A stretch of DNA of 64,000 nucleotides from Octopus sinensis (lineage: Eukaryota). The stretch is from contig NC_043011.1 of the NCBI RefSeq assembly GCF_006345805.1, forward strand, positions 47,566,464 through 47,630,463. The letters are read 5' to 3'. Of the stretch, positions 26,775 to 41,095 are shown one piece after another (position 1 is the stretch's first letter; every line of letters begins with the position of its first letter). The translations under genes and the position numbers were made by a program. The notes under the pieces are model-generated. The model did no database searches. It saw nothing but the letters and a program-made list of their open reading frames with translations, and was not told the DNA's origin.

Positions 26775-27165
26775 TCTCTTTTACTCTTTTACTTGTTTCA
26801 GTCATTTGACTGCGGCCATGCTGGAGCACCGCCTTTAGTCGAGCAACTCGACACCCCGGACTTATTTTTTGTAAGCCAAGTACTTATTCTATAGGTCTCT
26901 TTTGTCGAACCGCTAAGTGACAGGGACATAAACACACCAGCATTGGTTGTCAAGCAATGCTAGGGGGACAAACACGCACACACACATATATATATACATA
27001 TATACGACGGGCTTCTTTCAGTTTCCGTCTACCAAATCAATTCACAAGGCTTTGGTTGGCCCGAGGCTATAGTAGAAGACACTTTCCCAAGGTGCCACGC
27101 AGTGGGACTGAACCCGGAACCATGTGGTTGGCAAGCAAGCTACTTACCATACAGCCACTCCTGCG
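26775..27165 (-). mobile_element. CORE-like SINE (family C), full length
   Basis: ctcttttacttgtttcagtcatttgactgcggcc ... ttaccatacagccactcctgcgcc. Confidence 0.92.
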
Positions 27166-27389
27166 CCTATATGTATATATATATATATATATATGCACAA
27201 ACTACACACACACACATATATATATACATATGCATAGACACATATTTATGCACATATATATACTCACACAGAAACACATATATGCATATGTACACATATA
27301 TTTGCACAAATACATACACACATATATACACACATATATGCACATTTATGTATGCACATATACACATGAATCTACACATGTATGGACAC

Positions 27390-28025
27390 AGACATACATA
27401 TGCACACATACATGCACACATGTATACACCCACATACAGGCATATACAGATACCCATACACATGCATGTATTTACACATGTATACACACACATACATATG
27501 CACACATACATGCACACATGTATACACCCACATACAGGCATATACAGATACCCATACACATGCATGTATCTACACATGTATACACACACATACATATGCA
27601 CACATACATGCACACATGTATACACCCACATACAGGCATATACAGATACCCATACACATGCATGTATCTACACATGTATACACACACATACATATGCACA
27701 CATACATGCACACATGTATAACACATACAGGCATATACAGATACCCATACACATGCATGTATCTACACATGTATACACACACATACATATGCACACATAC
27801 ATGCACACATGTATACACCCACATACAGGCATATACAGATACCCATACACATGCATGTATCTACACATGTATACACACACATACATATGCACACATACAT
27901 ACACACATGTATACACCCACATACAGGCATATACAGATACCCATACACATGCATGTATCTACACATGTATACACACACATACATATGCACACATACATGC
28001 ACACATGTATACACACACATACACA
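27390..28025. repeat. 98-bp minisatellite, about 6.5 copies
   Basis: The unit containing cccacatacaggcatatacagatacccatacacatgcatgtatctacac recurs every 98 bp, with one unit about 3 bp shorter near 27720. Confidence 0.95.
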
Positions 28026-28344
28026 CGTACACATGGAGATACACATACACATATAGACTCACAAACATACACCCACACACATGCACAAATATTACATAAT
28101 AGACACACACACATACTTATGTGAGCATCTGCACGTGTTGGTTGCAGTCTGAAGATATGTATCTGAGATAATTTATGTCTACGAGCATGTCAACGTGTTG
28201 GCAGATGCCTGCCTGCACATGTATGCATATATGTGCATACATGTAGGAACATGTTTCCATGTGTGTGACTCAATGCAGTACTTTCCATGTGCATAGCTAT
28301 TTGTGAGCTGTTGTGAGTATATTCATATATATATATATATATAT

Positions 28345-28755
28345 ATACTCTTTTACTCTTTTGCTTGTTTCAGTCATTTGACTGCGGCCATGCTGGAGCA
28401 CCGCCTTTAATCGAGCAACTCGACCCTGGGACTTATTCTTTTGTAAGCCCAGTACTTATTCTATAGGTCTCTTTTGCCGAACCGCTAAGTAACGGGGGAC
28501 ATAAATACACCAGCATCGGTTGTCAAGCAATGCTAGGGGGACAAACACAGACACACAAACACACACACATATATATATATATGTACATATATACGACGGG
28601 CTTCTTTCAGTTTCCGTCTACCAAATTCACTCACAAGGCTTTGGTCGGCCCGTGGCTATAGTAGAAGATACTTGCCGAAGGTGCCACAAAGTGGGACTGA
28701 ACCCAGAACCGTGTGGTTGGTAAACAAGCTACTTACCACACAGCCACTCCTGCAC
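28345..28755 (-). mobile_element. CORE-like SINE (family C), full length
   Basis: Complete family C sequence on the minus strand. Confidence 0.92.
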
Positions 28756-29011
28756 CTATATATATATATAATAGATATAGGGTAAAGAATAAATTTTACC
28801 AAGTGGCTTCGGTATGGAAAAAAAGAAACCATTATCGGTAAAAACTAATACAAAAATTTTTTTTATAATTATAAATATAATTAAGGGTTTAGCAAAATGT
28901 TGCTTTACCACATACCGAAAATTTAGAAATAGCAGTCAAGGACAGCTAATTCTTCTGACTACAATATAACTCCACAGACAGCAATACTTGTAAATCATAG
29001 AGGTATATATA

Positions 29012-29234
29012 TATGATGGGATGCTGAGAAGTTCTCGGTTTTGGGTAAAAAGAAAATACAGGAGGATCAATTAATTATGATTTTATTAAGCATATTCACC
29101 TCTCAGATTCAAATACTCATTGTTGTGGTCCTTAAGGTTTTCTGAGCTCTGTAAAAGAACTTGGAAGTTTGGGCCTCCAAAAAGGCCTTTTATGATACTA
29201 TTAAAGTCAGAAACTTTTCAGCACCCCACTCATG
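29012..29234. mobile_element. Mariner-type MITE
   Basis: TIRs gggatgctgagaagttctcggtttt and aaagtcagaaacttttcagcacccc; the same family occurs at 48540 and 62113, with a partial copy at 29893-30020. Confidence 0.8.
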
Positions 29235-29377
29235 TGTGTTTGCGTGTGTGTATTTGTACCTCTATGTGCATATTTTATACATACATGTACACAGTTGTGT
29301 ATGTATAAATGTATAATTGTAAAAGAAGTGTATATGTATTAGTGAGTAGGTGTATTAATTTATATGCATAAATATAT

Positions 29378-29610
29378 ATATTTCTTCACTACCAACAAGG
29401 GGCTAAACATAGAGGGGACAAACAAGGACAGACAAAGGGATTAAGTCGATTATATCGATCCCAGTGCAAAACTGGTACTTTATTTATCGACCCCGAAAGG
29501 ATGAAAGGCAAAGTCGACCTCGGCGGAATTTGAACTCTGAACGTAACGACAGACGAAATACCGCTAAGCATTTTGCCCGGCATGCTAACATTTCTGCCAG
29601 CTCACCGCAT
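29378..29610 (-). mobile_element. SINE family A, full length
   Basis: tatttcttcactaccaacaagggg ... tctgccagctcaccgc. Confidence 0.9.
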
Positions 29611-29713
29611 AAATATATATCTTCTATTGCTTATCTTTTTTAGGCTGTGGCCATACTGGAGCATCAATTCAAATCATTTTATTTGAAAGCATCAGCCCCC
29701 AGTAACCTAATCT

Positions 29714-29752
29714 CTGTGTGTGTGTGTGTGTGTGTGTGCGTGCGTGCGTGCA

Positions 29753-29819
<67 letters not shown>

Positions 29820-29820
29820 A

Positions 29821-29878
<58 letters not shown>
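29714..29878. repeat. (TG)n-(CGTG)n-(TG)n alternating purine-pyrimidine tract
   Basis: Directly visible. Confidence 0.95.
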
Positions 29879-30019
29879 AATATAAGTATGTAAGCCCTGT
29901 AAAAGAATTCAGAAGGTTGGATCACTACTGCAGTGCTCTTTCAGTTTTTCTAAGCTCTGTAAAAGAATCTGGAAGGTTGGATCTCCAATCAGGACTTTCA
30001 TGATACCTTTAAAACCAGG

Positions 30020-30094
<75 letters not shown>

Positions 30095-31404
30095 TCGCAC
30101 ACACATACACACACGTATTCTAAGTAATTCATATAGAAGACAGAGTATGCTAGAAACTATCACAATAGTTTCAGCATAATTCTGCACTGTTCTTAGTAGG
30201 TGCAGAATGATAGAATGAATTATAAAACACACACACACACATGAATATATATATATATGATAGGCTTCTTTCAATCTCCATCCACCAAATTCACTCACAA
30301 GACTTTGGTTTGCCTGAGGTTATAGTAGAAGGCACTTGCTCAAGGTGCTATGCAGTGGGACTGAACCCTGACCCATATGGATGGGAACCAAAAGTTTTTC
30401 GTACATAACCATACCTGCACCACTTATATGTTATCTTTCTTTCACTTTACTCACCTATGTAAAGGGTTGGCCAAAAGTCACCTGACAGTAAATCAAAAAT
30501 TCAAATTCCATAAATACTTAATATTCAATTTTACTTATTCATGTTTAATAATTGAATGCTGTCAGTTAAAATCACTGTTGGTTTTCAACGTTTGTCTATC
30601 TATTAGCGAAGTCTCATATAAAATAATTTTTTATTTTAATCTTGGAATTAAATTGTTTTTTTTTTTTTATTTAATGTCAGGTGACTTATGACCAACCTTT
30701 ATAATGTTTGATATCATTGCATCTCCTCCAACTCATCTCTCTCTCTCTCTCTATCATCCCATCATCAACTTTCAGTCAGAATCCCCAGACATTACTTTTT
30801 TACTACCCTTTTATTTTCCTTTCCCAAACACCATCTCTGTTGCTCTCTCCCTTACCACCAATCTCTCAAAAATAAGCCTGTATAACTTCAACAGCAAATG
30901 CATAGCACCCAGAACCCTGATAAAAGTGTCCAACCCATATTGACCTGGCAGATGGTTTGATCTTCTCTGTCACTATGCTCATCATGGAAAAAACAGACAT
31001 AAAAAGACGACAATAATATACACATATACATAATATATACATACACACGAGATAATGCTGAAGTTGTATTTGTATAATACATACACACAGATAGATATAC
31101 ACACAAGAGCAGAATAAAACAGAAGATCCAGTTTAAATTTTTATTTTCACATCATAAACTACATAATCATTACACATGTTTCACTAACATATACTAGTTT
31201 ACCATGCAATATTTGTTATATAAATGATTGCATAATCACCTTATAATGCCAGATCATCAGAAGAAAAAATGTAATTTAATTTGTTGTTGGTTGTCAACAT
31301 CAGCTGATATTCTATGCCAAAATGAGAGCTGCGCTACATGTATTTTCAGTAGATTCTTTTATAGCCATTAAAAGGAAGAATTTTATTATTTTTATTTTCC
31401 TCAT

Positions 31405-31860
31405 CATCATCGTTTAATGTCTGCTTTCCTTGCTAGCATGGGTTGGACGATTTGACTGAGAACTGGTGAACTAGATGGCTGCACCAGGCTCCAATCTGAT
31501 CTGGCAGAGTTTCTACAGCTGAATGCTCTTCCTAATGCCAACCACTCCAACAGTGTAGTAGTTGCTTTTACGTGCCACCGGCACAAGGGCCAATGAGGCA
31601 GTACTGGCAACGGCTCAAATGATGTTTTTTACATGCCACCTGCACAAGAGCCAGTCCAGTGGCACTGGCAATGACCTCGCCTGAATGTTTTTTCACGTGC
31701 CACCAGCACAAGTGTCAGTAAGGGGACGCTGGTAACAATCAAATGGTGCTTTTTACGGAAGCCAGTTAACTGCTCTGGCAATGATCATGCTTGGATGGTG
31801 CTCTTAGTACTCCACTAGCACGGATGCCAGTCATCGAATTTTATTTCGATTTCGATTTGT
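31405..31860 (-). mobile_element. RTE LINE 3' UTR (no coding part)
   Basis: catcatcatcgtttaatgtctgctttccttgctagcatgggttggac... matches the UTR at 55883-56338; repeated ttttacgtgccac modules. Confidence 0.8.
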
Positions 31861-32354
31861 TTTATCTTTGAGATCAATGGGAAGGGGTAGAATTATTGGT
31901 GATGAGTGAAGTCTGGTGTTTAGCCTAGAAGTCAGCGGCAGAAAATGAGCCAGACAATACATGCCAGTTCATTTGCATACACTCATATATATACGACACG
32001 TATATAAAAGATAGTGGAAGTTCAAATACCCAGTCACAAGTGCACACATATACACATGTTACATAAACATGTATGTAATCTTTGATGTTATCAGTTCAAA
32101 AAGTTCAAATGATTTCTCTTACAAAATTCATATGGTGCTAGACCTCGGTTTCTGACGGCTACTGAGTGGTCATAGGAATGGTTACAGTTCTAGTAGTGCA
32201 TGTTATCCTTTGTCATTCAGAACTTGTTATTACTAGAAGTAGCAGCAGCAATGCTTCTGGCTGAGTATTCCTGGCTGTGGCTGTATCAGTTTCATTAGCA
32301 GAAACAGAATGGCAACTTAACCTTTTATCATTCTGGTTTCTTTGCTTTGCTGAT

Positions 32355-32574
32355 TTACTCTTTACTCTTTTACTTGTTTCAGTCATTTGACTGTGGCCAT
32401 GCTGGAGCACCGCCTGTAGTCGAGCAAATAGACCCCACGACTTATTCTTTGTCCTTTTTCTATCTGTCTCTTTTGCCGAACTGCTAAGTTACGAGGACGT
32501 AGACACACCACCGTCGGTCGTCAAGCAATGTTGTGGGGACAAACACAGACACACAAACATATACACACACACAT

Positions 32575-32613
<39 letters not shown>

Positions 32614-32790
32614 ATACATATACATATATATGATGGGCTTCTTTCAGTTTCTGTCTACCAAATCCACTCACAAGGCTTTGGTCGGCCTGAAGCTATAGTA
32701 GAAGACACTTGCCCAAGCTGCCATGCAGTGGGACTGAACCCGGAATCATGTGGTTGGCAAGCAAGCTACTGACCACACAGCCACTCCATT
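32355..32790 (-). mobile_element. CORE-like SINE (family C)
   Basis: Full family C sequence on the minus strand. Confidence 0.9.
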
Positions 32791-33189
32791 ATTCACATTG
32801 TTTTGAATTAATCATGTTTTATCCTGTACCTTCAAGATTTCAATAATGTGATTGTATGACCTTGTGGGGTACATGTGAGAAGTTGGATCTGGTCAGTTTT
32901 AGCATAAAACACAGAATATTAGGGTCGGTTACAGCTGGTTTAAATGCTAAATGGTTAGGCAATAGTCATTGAAGCAATGGTGGTAGAGACTTGTTGCTCT
33001 AGTATTAGGTGTACTAGAAGCTGCAATGTTTGTAGTAGCAGCAGTAGTTTCAGTGGTTATCTCCCTTTCACTCCTACAGTGTTCAGCATTTGGTTATAAA
33101 AACAGTTCCTTTATTGATACCTTGTTGTTGTGTAATCACTAAACTGGCATCAGGGGAAGATTGTAAATTATATTTCTTATCTACACATG

Positions 33190-33860
33190 AGGCACAGAGT
33201 GGCTGTGAGGTAAGAAGCTTGCCTTATAACCACATGGTTCAAGGTTTAGTCCCACTGTGTGGCACCTTCAGCAAGTGTCTTCTACTGTAGCCTCAGGCCA
33301 AACAAAGCCTTGTGAGTGGATTTAGCAGAGAGAAACTGAAAGAAACTCGTTCTATTTATACATATATAATATATATATATGTGTGTGTGTGTGTGTGTCT
33401 GTATTTGTCCCCCCACTATCGCTTGACAACCAATGTTGGTGTGTTTACATCACCGTAACTTAGCGAAAGTGACCAATAGAATAAGTACTAGGTTTAAAAT
33501 AAAAAATAAATAATTGCGCTCTTTTTAAAGCCTAGCTAGGCTCATGGGCCCTGGTTTCCCAGTTTCAATGGTGTATGTGTTCCCCAGCTGGACGGGATGC
33601 CAGTCCATCGCAGTGTTACTCATTTTTGCCAGCTGAGTGGATTGGAGCAACGTGAAATGAAGTGTTTTGCTCAAGAACACAATGCGTCGCCTGGTCCAGG
33701 AATCGAAACCACAATCTTGCGATCATGGTGCTGACACCCTAACCACTAAGTTATGTGCCTCCACCAAGTACTAGGCTTACAAAGAATAAGTCCTGGGGTC
33801 AATTTGTTTGAATAAAGGCGGTGCTGCAATGCTGCAGTCAAATGACTGAAAGAAGAAAGA
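33190..33860 (+). mobile_element. CORE-like SINE (family C) containing a nested SINE
   Basis: Family C head at 33190; the tail resumes at 33766 after the insert. Confidence 0.85.
33493..33765 (-). mobile_element. Meta/V-domain-like SINE (family E) nested in family C
   Basis: TSD aagtactagg at 33483-33492 and 33766-33775; body matches 50659-50922. Confidence 0.88.
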
Positions 33861-33889
33861 GAATAGAAGAATGTATCTACGTATTCTCT

Positions 33890-34095
33890 AAGTCTTATGC
33901 TCATGGCCTGCATTTCCATCAGTTACAATGACAAGGGTTCCAGCTGATTCAATCAAATGGATCAGCCTGCTCGTAAAATCTACACACAAATGACAGAGCA
34001 CTCCACAGACACACATACACTTAATGTAAATTCTTAGGGAGATCCAACGTGCTGCACCAAATGTGACAAGGGTGGCCCTTTTGAATTACAGGTTG
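33890..34095 (-). mobile_element. 3' part of SINE family F
   Basis: gagcactccacagacac...gtgacaagggtggcccttttgaattacaggt aligns with 43520-43620. Confidence 0.65.
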
Positions 34096-34529
34096 AGATC
34101 TGTGCAGATATATTCTCAAATTCAAGCATATTCTCACATTGACACATCCTATGCCGAACCCAAACGTCTGCACACACATACATATACATTCAAAGCATCT
34201 AGGCACACATATCAGTACATACACACCTGTACAAACATCTCCACATTGTAAAACCTTACAGCAAAACCTTCTTAAGGTGTACTGCACTTTTACTATTTGC
34301 ACACAAATATACCCACTGTTGAAGGTATTCACAACACAAAAGTAGATTAGGTATAAGATTGTAGGTATTCAAAACCGAAAATTAGATTACATAATTTTTC
34401 TCAACAAACAATTGCGTAATCCTGTCAGTTGATTTACCAAAATATGTGTATGTTTTATAAAGCTCAAACCACCAAATAGTTTTTCTTTCTATTTTATTAA
34501 TACTACGTACAAAACCACACACATATATA

Positions 34530-35039
34530 AGTGCATGCATAAATACACACATTTGTATATATGTATAGAGAGAGAGAGATGCACACACAAATGTAAATAT
34601 ATATATATAACATATTTATGAATATACATACTATACACCCACATAAACATAAACATAAAAAATACCTATTTACAGATGTATACATACATACACACAAATA
34701 TATACAAATATATATGCATATATACAGATGGAGATACATACACACACACGTGTGTGCGTGTGTATTATATATATATATATCAACTTATTTATGGATATAC
34801 ATACTATACACCCACATAGTCATAAATAATACCTATTTTCAGATATATACATACATACGGACAAATATATAAAAATACAGATGTGCGTATATATAAGTGT
34901 GTGAATACATACATACATACATGTGTATATATCTTTGCACACATCCATATACATGCATATATTATATATATATATATATACACATATATATACATGCACA
35001 TATTGATATACATACATATATACTCATACATACATGTAA

Positions 35040-35070
<31 letters not shown>

Positions 35071-35392
35071 CATATATACATGTATCCATATCTATACATA
35101 TGTATATATACACACATATTATACTTATATATATACATATATATATAAACACACACACATATATATGTATAAACACACACACACACACATATATGTATAT
35201 ATAAATAAATGTATGCATAAAATATTTACATATACACATATAAAATACACATTATTACACACCTGTGTGCACTCACACAGACGCATATATAAATAAATCT
35301 CTGCACACGAAGCTGTGTGACTATAGATTATGTTGCCTGTCAGTGTATTGGTGTCCGTACGATGCAGATGTGTGTTTTTGTGCATATGTATA

Positions 35393-35443
<51 letters not shown>

Positions 35444-36160
35444 TTTAAATATATTTGAGTAACTAAGAACAATAATCAATAATGTCTACAGAACCAGTTT
35501 TACACTCTCTTAGTGTATATTATATATACATGCATATATTTACCTGTGTATAAGCATGCATACACATTTTCATGTGCATTTATATGCACAAATATATATA
35601 TATATATATCAATGCACATACATGCATACATTTATATATATGTATACAAACACACACATATATGTATATATATATATATATAATTATAGACACATATAAA
35701 TATCATATATATATACACATGCATATACATTCATTATATATACACACATATATACATATGAACATATCTACATATATATATGCACATATATACATACATA
35801 TGCACACATATTACATCCATAGATACATACATATATACACATAAGCATATATACACTCATACATGCAAACATACGTACAGATACACAGGCATACATATAC
35901 ACATATATATGCATGCATACATACATACATATACACACATATACATATATATGCATACATACATATATATATATGCATTAATGCATACATACACATATGC
36001 ACAATCATATATGCATACACACATAAATATACACATATATGCACACACACATATATATATATGCATATATATATGTATATATACATACATATATATATAT
36101 ATATGTATACACACACACACGCACGCACACACACACACTAACACACACATACACACACAT
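34530..36160. repeat. Extended (TA)/(CA)/(TACA) degenerate microsatellite block
   Basis: Directly visible; accounts for all ORFs at 34503-36262. Confidence 0.9.
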
Positions 36161-36659
36161 CTGCAGCTTAGTAAATCAGGCAAACCATCATTGTTTTTTT
36201 TTGCTGTTTTACTTTACTTTCAGGAATATTTTTTTCAATTTTTATTTATAAACTGCACTTAATAATAAGATATATATATATATTTGACACTAATTAGCAT
36301 TACAAATTAGCATATGAAGGGGAAAAACATGTTGCTTTTCAATCATGCAGTAGACTGACTTATTTACCATTATATAATATGCATTCTATTCCACTCACAT
36401 GTGCATGTATGTATATGTGTGCATGCAAGTGTCTTGTTATGTACTAGCATATATGTCTGTGTATATGGATGTACTCCTCCTGTTTTACTCACCTATATAT
36501 ATTCGCATTAGGTTTTATATACCCAAATGCATCTCAAAGTATGTCAGTCTGTGACTGGGAATACATCTTGTTTTGTATATGTACAAATGCCTTGTATAGT
36601 TGTCTAGGAATGCTTATTATATGGACATGTATAACTCTGTGAATATACATACATACATA

Positions 36660-36880
36660 TAAACATCACCTTCTCCCCAGCTCTCCTGTGTGGCCCTTCT
36701 GTCTGGCATTCACCATGATAGATCGCTAGCCACTACACATTCTTTATTTTCTCTCCTTGTTTCTTTCTGTACAAGAGCATAGGCTCGAAACGTTAAAGAC
36801 TTTTTCACTTCTTGAGTGTTATACTAATACATCTGTTTGTTGTCTACACCACCTGTCTTCATCTTTTTTTTTTATGAATT
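36660..36880 (+). mobile_element. Possible Penelope-like terminal fragment
   Basis: aagagcataggctcgaaacgtt resembles the GAAG..N..CGAAACGTT motif of PLE terminal repeats. Confidence 0.35.
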
Positions 36881-36920
36881 CTCCTCCTATATATATATAT
36901 ATATAGATATATATTATATA

Positions 36921-36952
<32 letters not shown>

Positions 36953-36974
36953 CCTATGTGGGTATGTGTATACT

Positions 36975-37240
36975 GTAATGTGGTTGGCATTTTGTAGAGC
37001 ATCCAGCTGTAGAAATAATGGCCAAACTAACCTCACCTGTGCTAATGTCCCTTAAAAAGCACTGAGTCCACTTTGCAGAGTTGTTGGTGTTAAGAAGGGC
37101 ATCCAGCTATAAAATCCCTGCCAAAACAGACACAGCAGCCTAGGGAAGATTTTCTACCTGGCCGCCTCCAGTCATCCATCCTACCCATGCATGCAAGGAA
37201 GATGGATGTTAAACAATGCTGGTGATGATGATGATGATGA
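36975..37240 (+). mobile_element. RTE 3' UTR tail, decayed
   Basis: gttggtgttaagaagggcatccagct...cccatgcatgcaaggaagatggatgttaaac...gatgatgat. Confidence 0.7.
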
Positions 37241-38179
37241 TATATATGAAGGACTTTTTCAGTTTCCATCTACCAAATCTACTCACAAGGCATTGGTTGA
37301 CCCAAGGCTATAGTAGAAAACACTTGCCCAAGGTGCCATGCAGTGGGACTGAACCCAGAACCATGTGGTTGGGAAGCAAGACACAAGCAGTATGTTTAAA
37401 AATTCACTTCATGATCACTTGGTTTCTGGTTCAATCCACCCATGTGTGGCAAGTTGGGCAAAGTTTTTTTTTAATACAGCCTTAGGTAGGCCAATGATCT
37501 GCAAGGGAACTGTTATTGATGGGAATTACAAACACACACACACACTATGATTGTTGTAAGCCTTGTGTATGACACTGGGTAAATGGATGGTTCTGAACCT
37601 TCAACTGGAAAGGCCAGTCTTTCTGCATTTTGCATAATGCTGATATCACTTGAGGAGTAAGCAACTGAATCTTTATGTGTGTGTGTGTGTATGTGTCTAT
37701 GTGTTTCTTACTGAAGATCCATCATCGTGTATGTGTTTGTATATGTTTGTAATATAGTCCTGTCATTGCAATTGTTCTCCCCTACTTTTATACTTACTAA
37801 CATATGTTTTTCAGATTAATGACAACTTCTGGCATATTGATCACTATCTGATTTCAGATAATAACTACTGCACATCATCACCAACCCTCGTACACACTCA
37901 ACTCCTACAGCCATACATAAAGTATTAAATTCATTAACTAAATATCACCCAACTGACAGTCTACTTTATCACTTTTGAAACTACTTTGCTCGCCAAAACA
38001 TATTTACAACACCTCAATAAATGTACACTTCACTGCAAAAGATACCAATAAATAATACCCATCTCTCATAAATAGATCTAAAAATTATGAACAAACGGTT
38101 ATGAATTATCAAGCAAAACTTAAAACCCCAAGCAAAATCAATTTTATAATTTAAATGATGAAATAATTATCAAGTTGTT

Positions 38180-38500
38180 AGGCATGGTGCCTGAATGGTA
38201 AGAAGGTTACATCTCAACCAAATGGTTGCTGGGTAAGTCCCACTGCATGGCACTGAGAGCTGGTGTGTTTTACTATAGCCCGAAGCCTTGTGAATGGATT
38301 TGGTAAATGGAAACTGAAAGGAGTCCTTCGTGTGTGTGTGTGTGTATGTTGTGTGGAGGAGGTGTCCTTGTATTTGTCCTCCACTGCAGTTTGACAGCCA
38401 GTGGCATGACTTAGCAGTTCAGCAAAAGAAACCGATAGAATAAGTGCTAAGCTTACAAAGAATAAGTCCTGGAATTGATTTGACTGAAACACACCATGGC
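38180..38500 (+). mobile_element. CORE-like SINE (family C), decayed
   Basis: tggtaagaag head, gatttggtaaatggaaactgaaag, gatagaataagtgctaagcttacaaagaataagtcc. Confidence 0.75.
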
Positions 38501-38554
38501 TAGAGTTCAGTGACAAACAAGTGTGTGTGTATAAATATATATATGTAGACCGAG

Positions 38555-39243
38555 ACCTCTGGAAGTGTGCTGTGCGCGAGAAGACCCGGCAGGACAAGTG
38601 AGTCCACAACCCGTGGCCTTCTACATGGGATGGAGCCAGCCTACGTATGCATACCTTCCCTTCTTGGGACACAAAACTCTACTTGTGAAGACGTGTTGAG
38701 GCAAGTGAGGATCAGAATCGAAATCGATCAATGGAAATCGATCAATGGAAATTGCGGATGTGCTACCAGTGCTGGTGGCATGTCAAAACTCTGCTTGTGA
38801 AGACCCGTTGAGGCAAGTGACAATCAGAATCGAAATCGATCAATGGAAATCGTCAATGGAAATCGATCAATGGAAATTGCAGATGTGTTACCAGTGCCGG
38901 TGGCATGTAAGAGAACTTTCCGTTTCGCGACCGTTGCCAGCACCGCCCCGTTTCGTGTCCGTTGCCAGCCTCGCCTGGCCCTCGTGCCGGTGGCACATAA
39001 AAAGCACCATCCGTTCGTGGCCGTTTGCCAGCTCTGTCTGGCACCAGTGCGGGTGGCACGTAAAAAGCACCCACTACACTCACGGAGTGGTTGGCGTTAG
39101 GAAGGGCATCCAGCCGTAGAAACACTGCCAGATTTGACTGGGCCTGATGAAGCCTTCTGGCTTCACAGACCCCAGTAGAACCGTCCAACCCATGCTAGCA
39201 TGGAAAACGGACGCTAAATGATGATGATGATGATGATGATGAT
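38555..39243 (+). mobile_element. Long RTE-type 3' UTR with an internal about 110-bp tandem duplication
   Basis: ctctacttgtgaagac..ttgaggcaagtga..atcagaatcgaaatcgatcaatggaaat occurs twice (about 38677 and 38789); ends catggaaaacggacgctaaatgatgatgat. Confidence 0.8.
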
Positions 39244-39249
39244 ATTGTT

Positions 39250-39480
39250 TTATTCTTTTACTTGTTTCAGTCATATGACTTTGGCCATGCTGGTGCAGCC
39301 TTTATCAAGCGAATCAATCCGAGGACTTATTCTTTGTAAGCCTAGCACTTACACACCGGCATCGGTTGCCAAGTGATGGTGCAGTGACAAACACAGGCAT
39401 ACAAATATATATATAAAAGAAGCCTGTCTTATGTATATATTATATATATGTATGAAAGAAGCCCATTGTGTATGTATATA

Positions 39481-39514
<34 letters not shown>

Positions 39515-39654
39515 TTTCCAGCTACCACATCCACTCACAAGGTTCTGGTCGGTCCAAAGCTATAGTAGAAGATACTTGGCCAAGGTGCCATACAGCAGGA
39601 TTGAACTCGGAACCATGTGGTTGGGAAGCAAGCTTCTTATCACACACCCACGCC

Positions 39655-39660
<6 letters not shown>
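39250..39660 (-). mobile_element. CORE-like SINE (family C), rearranged
   Basis: Family C tail and head on the minus strand, with the central gaaagaagc segment duplicated in inverted form. Confidence 0.7.
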
Positions 39661-39734
<74 letters not shown>

Positions 39735-39838
39735 CACGAATACAGCTTGTATTTGTATCAAGGTGAATTATAGATGTTTTTTGTTAAATTGTCTGTTTTT
39801 TAACATGTACAGAAACAGCCAAGGTTATCCCTCCTTCC

Positions 39839-39880
<42 letters not shown>

Positions 39881-40482
39881 TATGTAGAGGAGCATAAATG
39901 GACAGCCCAATTATACATCCTTTTCCACAGAAAGGTTATTTATTCAATAATGCATAATATTACATAATTACTTATCAACATCATTTCATCAGGTAATATT
40001 TTCTACATTCTATGAGTAAAATCAATTTGTGAATAAATATGTTTGTGGAAAAATATATATTAAAATTAAGAGGTGTTTTAGAAAAAGTCTAGAATTTAGT
40101 TAGAGGAGGAGATATTTTGAATTATAGCCAATCAATCAGCTTTATTTGCTAAAGCAGTAGTAGTTGTAGTAGTAATAGTAGTAATGGGAGATATTACAAG
40201 TTGACAAGGGAGTGGTCTGAGTCAAATCTACTGCTTGTTGGATATATTTACTTACCAGTCAAAAGTTTATCAATGATGCTGACAGCAATAAATTCTTTGA
40301 TTGTCAACACAATACAACTTACAAGTAAGTTAGACAACCAGGCAATATAATACTGTCACCACTACACTGACACAAAGTTTAGAGATAACAGAGATAAAGT
40401 AATATAACAATCCAATCATACACAATACACTTGTATATACACAGTTACCTCAAATACTGTGAATATACCATAGCATAGACTA

Positions 40483-41095
40483 AGGCGGCAAGCTGGCAGA
40501 GTCGTTAGCATGCCAGGTGAAATGCTTAGCGGTATTTCATCTGCCGTTACGTTCTGAGTTCAAATTCCACCGAGGTCGACTTTGCCTTTCATCTTTTCGG
40601 GGTCGATATATTAAGTACCAGTTATGCACTCGAGTTGATATAATCGACTTAATCTGTTTGTCTGTCCTTGTTTGTACTCTATGTGTTTAGCCCCTTGTTG
40701 GTAGTAAAGAAATAGAAATAGGTATTTCGTCTGCCGCTACGTTCTGAGTTCAAATTCCGCCGAGGTCGACTTTGCCTTTCATCCTTTCGGGGTCGATAAA
40801 TTAAGTACCAGTTATGCACTCGAGTTGATATAATCGACTTAATCTGTTTGTCTGTCCTTGTTTGTACTCTCTGTGTTTAGCCCCTTGTTGGTAGTAAAGA
40901 AATAGAAATAGGTATTTCGTCTGCCGCTACGTTCTGAGTTCAAATTCCGCCGAGGTCGACTTTGCCTTTCATCCTTTCGGGGTCGATAAATTAAGTACCA
41001 GTTATGCACTCGAGTTGATATAATCGACTTAATCTGTTTGTCTGTCCTTGTTTGTACTCTCTGTGTTTAGCCCCTTGTGGGTAGTAAAGAAATAG
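40483..41095 (+). mobile_element. Head-to-tail trimer of SINE family A (190-bp period)
   Basis: ggtatttc starts at 40531, 40721 and 40911. Only copy 1 has the 5' head. The array is flanked by a 21-bp TSD-like pair gaatataccatagcatagact (40461) and gaatataccaaagcataaact (41095). Confidence 0.92.

Noticed and set aside
26957-28124. 254-340 aa His/Thr/Tyr-rich ORFs
   Set aside because: They derive from a SINE plus the 98-bp CA/TA minisatellite and are open in several frames on both strands.
40243-40345. Minus-strand hydrophobic frame ending at a strong CTG|gtaagt donor
   Set aside because: No ATG after the upstream stop and a poor acceptor context.
40531-41095. CRISPR-like or prokaryotic repeat array interpretation of the tandem repeats
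   Set aside because: The units are contiguous SINE bodies with no unique spacers, and the context is eukaryotic.
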